Below are positions 58,993-64,000 of a stretch of DNA of 64,000 nucleotides, piece by piece (the stretch's first letter is position 1; every line of letters starts with the position of its first letter). The notes under the pieces are model-generated. The model was not told the DNA's origin and made no database searches. It saw only the letters and a program-made list of their open reading frames with translations. The position numbers and the translations under genes are program-made. Source of the DNA: Bacteroidota bacterium (lineage in GTDB: Bacteria > Bacteroidota > Bacteroidia > Bacteroidales > VadinHA17); the NCBI GenBank assembly GCA_016718875.1, contig JADKBL010000005.1, forward strand, positions 26,172 through 90,171, read 5' to 3'.

Positions 58993-60900
58993 ATGTTTAA
59001 GGAGGCAAATCTGCTTAGTAAAATAGATTCCCCTGCTGATCTTAGGAAGCTTCAGCCAGAACAGCTTGTACAGGTCAGTTCTGAGCTTCGACAGTTTATT
59101 ATTGACGTAGTCTGCAATAATCCGGGGCACTTTGGTGCAAGCCTTGGAGTTGTTGAATTAACTGTGGCTCTCCATTACGTATTTAATACTCCATATGATA
59201 AGTTAATATGGGACGTAGGTCATCAGGCGTATGGTCATAAGATACTTACTGGCAGACGTGATCTCTTCTCCACAAACAGGAGATATAAAGGCATCAGCGG
59301 ATTTCCGAAGATGGCTGAAAGTGAATATGATGCTTTTGGTACAGGGCATTCCTCTACCTCCATATCTGCTGCTCTTGGAATGGCAATCGCTGCAAAGTCG
59401 AAGGGAGAGAACAGACAGGTTGTGGCAATTATCGGTGACGGAGCCATGACAGCAGGTCAGGCATTTGAAGGACTTAATAATGCTGGTATAGGCAATTCAG
59501 ATCTCCTTGTAATCCTGAATGACAATAATATTGCTATAGATGCAAACGTAGGAGCCCTTAAGGAATACCTTATTGACATCACAACAAGCAAAACATACAA
59601 CAAGTTCAAAGACAAAATATGGAATATGCTTGGGATTTTTGGCAGGCATACTCCCGGTGCACGACGCCTTGCTGCCCAGCTTGAAGCCGGGTTTAAGAGT
59701 ACTATCCTTGACAAGAGTAACCTGTTTGAAGGCCTAAATTTCAGATATTTCGGCCCAATTGACGGGCACGATGTAATGCACCTGGCAAAAGTACTTGAAG
59801 ACCTGAAAAGAATTCCGGGCCCAAAACTTCTTCATTGCATTACAACAAAAGGAAAGGGATTCAAACAAGCTGAAGAGGACCAGACCACATTTCATGCACC
59901 GGGGAAATTTGACAAAAAGACCGGCGAAATATTTGCTATCCCGAATATGGATTCAATACTTTCTTTTCAGGAGGTTTTTGGCAGAACAATGCTTGAACTG
60001 GCAGAACAAAATGAAAAGATAAGAGCCATTACACCCGCAATGCCAACCGGCAGTTCACTTAACCTGCTAATGAGTAAAATGCCGGAAAGGGTTTATGATG
60101 TTGGTATAGCAGAACAACACGCAGTCACTTTTTCAGCTGGCCTTGCCACTCAGGACCTTATCCCCTACTGTCATATCTATTCATCATTTATCCAAAGAGC
60201 TTATGACCAGATAATTCATGACGTAGCACTTCAGAAACTGCACGTAATCTTCTGTGTTGACAGAGGAGGACTAGTTGGTGCTGATGGAGCAACCCATCAT
60301 GGTTTCTTTGATATGGCATATATGCGAAGTGTTCCAAACATGGTAGTTTCCGCTCCGATGGATGAAAAGGAGTTGCGAAATCTTCTCTACACAGCACAGC
60401 TTAATAAGAACAAAGGCCCATTCTCAATAAGATACCCCCGCGCCAGGGGATTATACAAAGACTGGTATCAGCCTTTCAGTGAAATTGAAATTGGCAAATC
60501 ACGGCTTATAAAAGACGGAAATGATATTGCAATATTGTCTATTGGCTATCCCGGAAGTGCAGTTGCATCTGTCTTAAAAAAACTAGAGGGTGAAAAAATC
60601 TCAATAGCCCATTATGATATGAGGTTTGTTGCTCCACTCGATACATCTGCCCTCGACGAAATATTCAAAAAATTCAGGTATATTATTACTGTTGAAGACG
60701 GAATTCTTAAAGGCGGATTCGGCAGTGCCATAACAGAATTTATGGCTGATAATTGCTATAGTGCTGAAATAAGACGGCTTGGAATACCTGATTACTTTGT
60801 GGAACATGGCACTCAGGATGAACTGTACCGGGAATGTGGCTATGATGCAGAGGGTATTGAGTTGGCCATCAGGGAGATGATGGTGAGGCATGAGGCATGA
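58993..60900 (+). CDS. dxs: 1-deoxy-D-xylulose-5-phosphate synthase
   Basis: MFKEANLLSKIDSPADLRKL, GHFGASLGVVELTVALH, WDVGHQAY, IGDGAMTAG and GADGATHHG. Confidence 0.95.
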   Translation: MFKEANLLSKIDSPADLRKLQPEQLVQVSSELRQFIIDVVCNNPGHFGASLGVVELTVALHYVFNTPYDKLIWDVGHQAYGHKILTGRRDLFSTNRRYKGISGFPKMAESEYDAFGTGHSSTSISAALGMAIAAKSKGENRQVVAIIGDGAMTAGQAFEGLNNAGIGNSDLLVILNDNNIAIDANVGALKEYLIDITTSKTYNKFKDKIWNMLGIFGRHTPGARRLAAQLEAGFKSTILDKSNLFEGLNFRYFGPIDGHDVMHLAKVLEDLKRIPGPKLLHCITTKGKGFKQAEEDQTTFHAPGKFDKKTGEIFAIPNMDSILSFQEVFGRTMLELAEQNEKIRAITPAMPTGSSLNLLMSKMPERVYDVGIAEQHAVTFSAGLATQDLIPYCHIYSSFIQRAYDQIIHDVALQKLHVIFCVDRGGLVGADGATHHGFFDMAYMRSVPNMVVSAPMDEKELRNLLYTAQLNKNKGPFSIRYPRARGLYKDWYQPFSEIEIGKSRLIKDGNDIAILSIGYPGSAVASVLKKLEGEKISIAHYDMRFVAPLDTSALDEIFKKFRYIITVEDGILKGGFGSAITEFMADNCYSAEIRRLGIPDYFVEHGTQDELYRECGYDAEGIELAIREMMVRHEA

Positions 60901-60932
60901 GGCGGGAGGAGGGAGCAGGGAGACTGGGACCG
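60884..60932. repeat. Degenerate purine-rich tandem heptamers spanning the dxs stop codon
   Basis: tgaggca tgaggca tgaggcg ggaggag ggagcag ggagact gggaccg. The dxs TGA (60898-60900) is the start of the third unit. Confidence 0.55.
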
Positions 60933-60969
60933 AAGGGGCAAGATGGGACAAGTTAGGAACAGAGAAGTT

Positions 60970-60985
60970 CCCCTCCAGGGAGGGG
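60970..60985. repeat. GC-rich palindrome cccctcc-ag-ggagggg
   Basis: Read directly from the sequence. Same style as the 15384 and 49741 palindromes. Confidence 0.45.
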
Positions 60986-61013
60986 CCAAGAATTGGTTTA
61001 TTATTAATCACAT

Positions 61014-61798
61014 ATGAAATTCAATAAAATCTAGTTTTCCATTTATTGTGAACTTTCTATTGTCTGCCTGTAAAAATAATCCCGCCAAAGAAGAATGGGT
61101 TAGCCTTTTTAACGGAAGAGACTTTACCGGATGGGATATAAAGATTAAAGGATCTGCATTGAATGTAAACTATAAGAACACATTCAGGATTGAGGATGGA
61201 TTACTTAAAGTAAGATATGATCAGTATGAAAAATTCAATAATGAATTCGGACATATATTTTATAATAAGCCATTCTCAAATTACAAACTCAGGGATAGAA
61301 TACCGGTTTGTTGGAGATCAGTGCCCCGAAGGTCCATCATGGGCATTCAGAAACAGCGGCGTAATGCTTCATTCTCAGTCAGCTGCATCAATGGGTATTG
61401 ATCAGGACTTTCCTGTTTCAATTGAAGCTCAGTTTCTTGGAGGAGATGGCGTTTCAGAAAGACATACTTCCAATGTATGTTCCCCCGGGACAAACATAGT
61501 TATGAATGGAATGCTTATTACACAACACTGCAATGAATCTACATCAAAAACCTATCAGGGGGATATCTGGGTAACAGCTGAATTTGTTGTAATGAATGAT
61601 AAAGTTATTTATCATATACTTGAAGGCGACACAGTTTTAAGCTACAATTATCCTCAGGTTGGAGGCAACAGCATACCTGAAGGATTTCCTCTTCCGGAAG
61701 GGACTTTGCTCAGGGAGGGTTATATTTGTCTCCAGGCTGAAAGCCATCCTATTGACTTCCGAAAAGTAGAAATTCTTGAACTCAAGGACAAAAGATAA
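61014..61798 (+). pseudogene. DUF1080 (3-keto-disaccharide hydrolase-like) lipoprotein, two frame changes as assembled
   Basis: The ATG at 61014 gives MKFNKI*. With one A fewer in the A4 run (61026-61029) it reads MKFNKSSFPFIVNFLLSAC (lipobox). The second shift is near G3 at 61292-61294, joining ..FSNYKLR / IEYRFVGDQCPEGPSW.. Hallmarks are WVSLFNGRDFTGW and GYICLQAESHPIDFRKVEILEL. Confidence 0.8.
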
Positions 61799-61814
61799 AA
61801 GTTTTTTCTATTTT

Positions 61815-61854
61815 CGCAGACTGCAAGACCGCAGGACTACAAGACCGCAAGACC
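61815..61854. repeat. Five tandem degenerate octamers (GCARGACY), the inverted homologue of 11104-11143
   Basis: cgcagact gcaagacc gcaggact acaagacc gcaagacc. It sits immediately upstream of tRNA-Leu and downstream of a near-consensus -7 box (TATTTTCG, 61809-61816). Confidence 0.6.
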
Positions 61855-61860
61855 TACTTT

Positions 61861-61944
61861 GCCCGGATGGCGGAATTGGTAGACGCGCTGGTCTCAAACA
61901 CCAGTGGCAGCAATGCTGTGCCGGTTCGATCCCGGCTCCGGGTA
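61861..61944 (+). tRNA. tRNA-Leu (anticodon CAA), long variable arm
   Basis: Acceptor gcccgga/tccgggt, anticodon stem ctggt/accag with loop ctCAAac, variable arm gtggcagcaatgctgtgc, T-arm ccggttcgatcccgg. Confidence 0.9.
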
Positions 61945-61951
61945 CAGAAAA

Positions 61952-62006
61952 AGAGCGAGAGTGAGAGCGAGAGCGAGCACTCTCGTCTCTTTTTCCTCAC
62001 TCTCAT
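61952..62006. repeat. AGAGYG hexamer tandem array followed by its imperfect complement (long imperfect hairpin)
   Basis: agagcg agagtg agagcg agagcg agcac, then tctcgtctctttttcctcactctc. Possibly a tRNA-Leu terminator. Confidence 0.4.
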
Positions 62007-62030
62007 ATTCAATAAAACTACTTACAATAA

Positions 62031-62062
62031 AAAAGCCGTCTCTGTAAAATGAGACGGCTTTT
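62031..62062. terminator. Bidirectional rho-independent terminator
   Basis: aaaagccgtctc tgtaaaat gagacggctttt has a perfect 8-bp GC-containing stem flanked by an A-run and a T-run. It lies between tRNA-Leu (+) and susD-like (-). Confidence 0.75.
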
Positions 62063-62081
62063 ATTATTTCAGGGAATCAAA

Positions 62082-63711
62082 TTACTTCTTATCCCACCAC
62101 AGTTTGGTTGAAGCTTTGTCTGAGTTAGGAGTTGTACTTTCACCGTTAAGCAGAGAAATAGCTTTGGTTACTTCGGCTGCGTTGTTGGTGTACTCATTTG
62201 TCCAGTAGGTTAACCTAACAGGAAGTGAAGTAGCAGCAACATCAGGGTTCTCACTCTCAAGACGTGGAAGAAGTTTAGGATAGCCTGTTCTTCTTCTTTC
62301 TGCATAAGCTTCCTGGCTGTCAGGAAGAAGACCAATCCATTTCTGGGTAATGATCTGCTCGAGCTGATATTCTTTTGATCCTGCTGCATTAAATGCAATT
62401 GGAACAGTACATGGAGGAGCCGGAGCTACTGCAGGAATTACTGTGCTCTTGTCAACACCCGGGGTCATAGGAACGAGTGTACTTGTGGTATAAGGATCAC
62501 CTTTAAGGTTAGCATCAGTGTATCCGTTTTTCAGCAAGTGAAGTTGTAATACCTTCATTATAAAGTGACTGAACTGTACCGCCACCCATGTTCCATCCTT
62601 CAAGAACACCTTCTGCTCTCAGGAAGTAGCCTTCAAATGCTCTCATTACAAACCATTTCGGTCCGGCACCACCAACAACTGTATAAGGCTGAGCGTGATC
62701 TGAACCAAGTTCGTCAAATTTAAAAGTACTTCTGTCGTTCTTGGTCTGTCCGTTACGTACACCTTCGTATGGGAATACAACACCTGCAGGATCATCAGTA
62801 TTATCAGGAGTTTTTGCAGCTTTGAAGTAAGAAGCAGCTCTTGGGTCAAGATAACCTTTGAGGATACTTTCCATATCAGCACTCATCCTGTACTCAGCCC
62901 ATGGGCTGATGATGTTATAAGGATTCTGGAAGTCGGTTGAAGTTGTAATCCATCCGTTGTCAGCATTTGCGGTAATTATACCATTTGCAACTGCTTTTTC
63001 GCACTCTGTTTTTGCTTTTGCAGCATTAGCATACTTAATTCTCATTCCAAGACGGAGGTGAAGAGAGTTTCCGAATTTCCTCCATTTTGCGAAGTCGCCA
63101 CCATAAATCAGGTCATAAGCTCCCAGAGGGCCTGACTTACCTGAAAGACCTTTCAGAATAGCCTCAGCTGAATCAAGTTCAGTAAAGAAAGCGTTATAAA
63201 TATCCTGCTGCTTATCATAAGAAACAGCTTTCTGCATGTTTCCATACTGTGAGTAAGGAATTGGTCCGAGAGCGTCAGTATATCTGTGATAGCACCATAC
63301 TTTCCAGATCTTTGCCATTGCTTTTTCTCCATCAAGTCCGGCCTGTCTGGCGAAGTCCTCAGAATACTTGATCTGAGCTGCTTCACTAGCATAGAATGAG
63401 TTGAAAGCACCATTAAGCCAACTTCCTACCATTACATACCTGTCAGACAGGAAGTTTGGTGTTGTTGTTGCCCAATAGTTAGCGTATACATCAAAATACA
63501 GCGAATGAAGTAACTGCATTCCGTTTCCAGCCGCTTGTAGGTATGAGGGCCCCATGACAGACTTCTTAAACACGAATCCGTAGGATGCCTTGTCAAGGCT
63601 CGCAAGCGTAAGCGCCTTTGGATTGGAGTTTACATCATTAAAATCTTCTGTACAACTACTGATGTAAACAGCAATCAACAGAACAGTGAACAACTTTAGT
63701 AGATTTTTCAT
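62082..63711 (-). pseudogene. SusD/RagB-family nutrient-binding outer-membrane lipoprotein, frameshifted as assembled
   Basis: Lipobox MKNLLKLFTVLLIAVYISSC. ORFs 62515-63711 and 62082-62609 join at ..SLAEK / NGYTDANLKGDPY.. at the T5 run 62527-62531. Confidence 0.8.
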
Positions 63712-63738
63712 AATATATTGCTTTACTTATTTTATTAA

Positions 63739-64000
63739 TTAAAAGCCAAAGTTAAGTGAGAACCCATATGTCCTTGTTGTTGGCAACGGGAATGCAGATT
63801 CACCTTCAGAAGTGTTACCAGTACCCATCATGATCTCAGGGTCAACATATTCTGCCTTATTGGTGAAGAAGAAGAGGTTACGGCCAACAAGTGATACTCT
63901 GGCTGATCTGAAGAAAGTCTTGCTGACAATCTCTTTAGGAAGATCATATCCGAGAACAATCTCTCTCATACGGATATTTGATGCATCTCTGATGAAAGCT
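63739..64000 (-). CDS. SusC/RagA-type TonB-dependent receptor, C-terminal end only (the rest is off window)
   Basis: The frame stays open to the window edge (..AFIRDASNIRMREIVLGYDLPKEIV..) and ends ..TRTYGFSLNFGF with a terminal aromatic residue. It sits directly upstream of the susD-like gene. Confidence 0.8.
   Translation of the reverse strand, partial: AFIRDASNIRMREIVLGYDLPKEIVSKTFFRSARVSLVGRNLFFFTNKAEYVDPEIMMGTGNTSEGESAFPLPTTRTYGFSLNFGF

Noticed and set aside
60898-61016. Read-through extension of dxs: the frame stays open for about 38 codons after the TGA
   Set aside because: The downstream sequence is repeat-derived (GGRREQGD..). Dxs already ends at a family-typical position, and there is no SECIS-like or other recoding signal.
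10900-62531. Programmed ribosomal frameshifting or phase variation as the explanation for the split genes
   Set aside because: The breaks hit unrelated housekeeping genes, lie at short ordinary homopolymers (4-7 nt) without slippery-site or stimulator architecture, and go in both directions. The pattern fits assembly indel error.

Overview
This window reads as a chromosomal segment of a Bacteroidota genome. The evidence is a SusC/SusD pair, an ECF sigma/FecR module, a T9SS-type C-terminal sorting domain, TAnnTTTG -7 promoter boxes and no Shine-Dalgarno dependence. All protein calls come from motifs I recognised by eye; no database search was run.

Most of the window is housekeeping:
- Translation: rpsT, rplM-rpsI, rpsB-tsf, pyrH-frr, hflX.
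- Envelope: mpl, lpxK, sppA, a PLD/cardiolipin synthase-like gene, a DUF2723 protein, OmpA-like and TonB proteins.
- Metabolism: class I fumarase, folK, asd, purD, dxs, purine nucleoside phosphorylase, guanine deaminase.
- DNA repair: mpg and radC.
- RNA genes: three tRNAs, Glu-TTC, Ala-GGC and Leu-CAA.

I found no rRNA, CRISPR array, transposase, integrase or recognisable defence system.

The assembly has a striking technical problem. At least eleven conserved genes are split by single-nucleotide frame changes, and almost all of these sit in A/T or G/C homopolymer runs. One more gene (fumarase) carries an in-frame TAA. I treat these as probable assembly indel errors rather than real pseudogenes.

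Candidates for uncharacterised biology, all modest and needing searches:
1. An operon with an ECF sigma factor, a FecR anti-sigma factor and an STN + CarboxypepD_reg protein that is too short to hold a TonB-dependent barrel, preceded by an STN-less paralogue.
2. A 1035-aa fused ABC exporter with a TerB-like N-domain, followed by two secreted proteins of unknown function.
3. A membrane-anchored NapC/NirT tetrahaem cytochrome fused to an FGE/SUMF1-like domain. It is divergent from a secreted nucleoside-hydrolase-like/FmdE-like fusion, and the shared promoter carries a perfect TGTGA-N6-TCACA palindrome.
4. Several families of short intergenic repeats: degenerate 6-, 7- and 8-nt tandem arrays, GC-rich palindromic elements, and four helically phased TGTAAG boxes next to tRNA-Ala.
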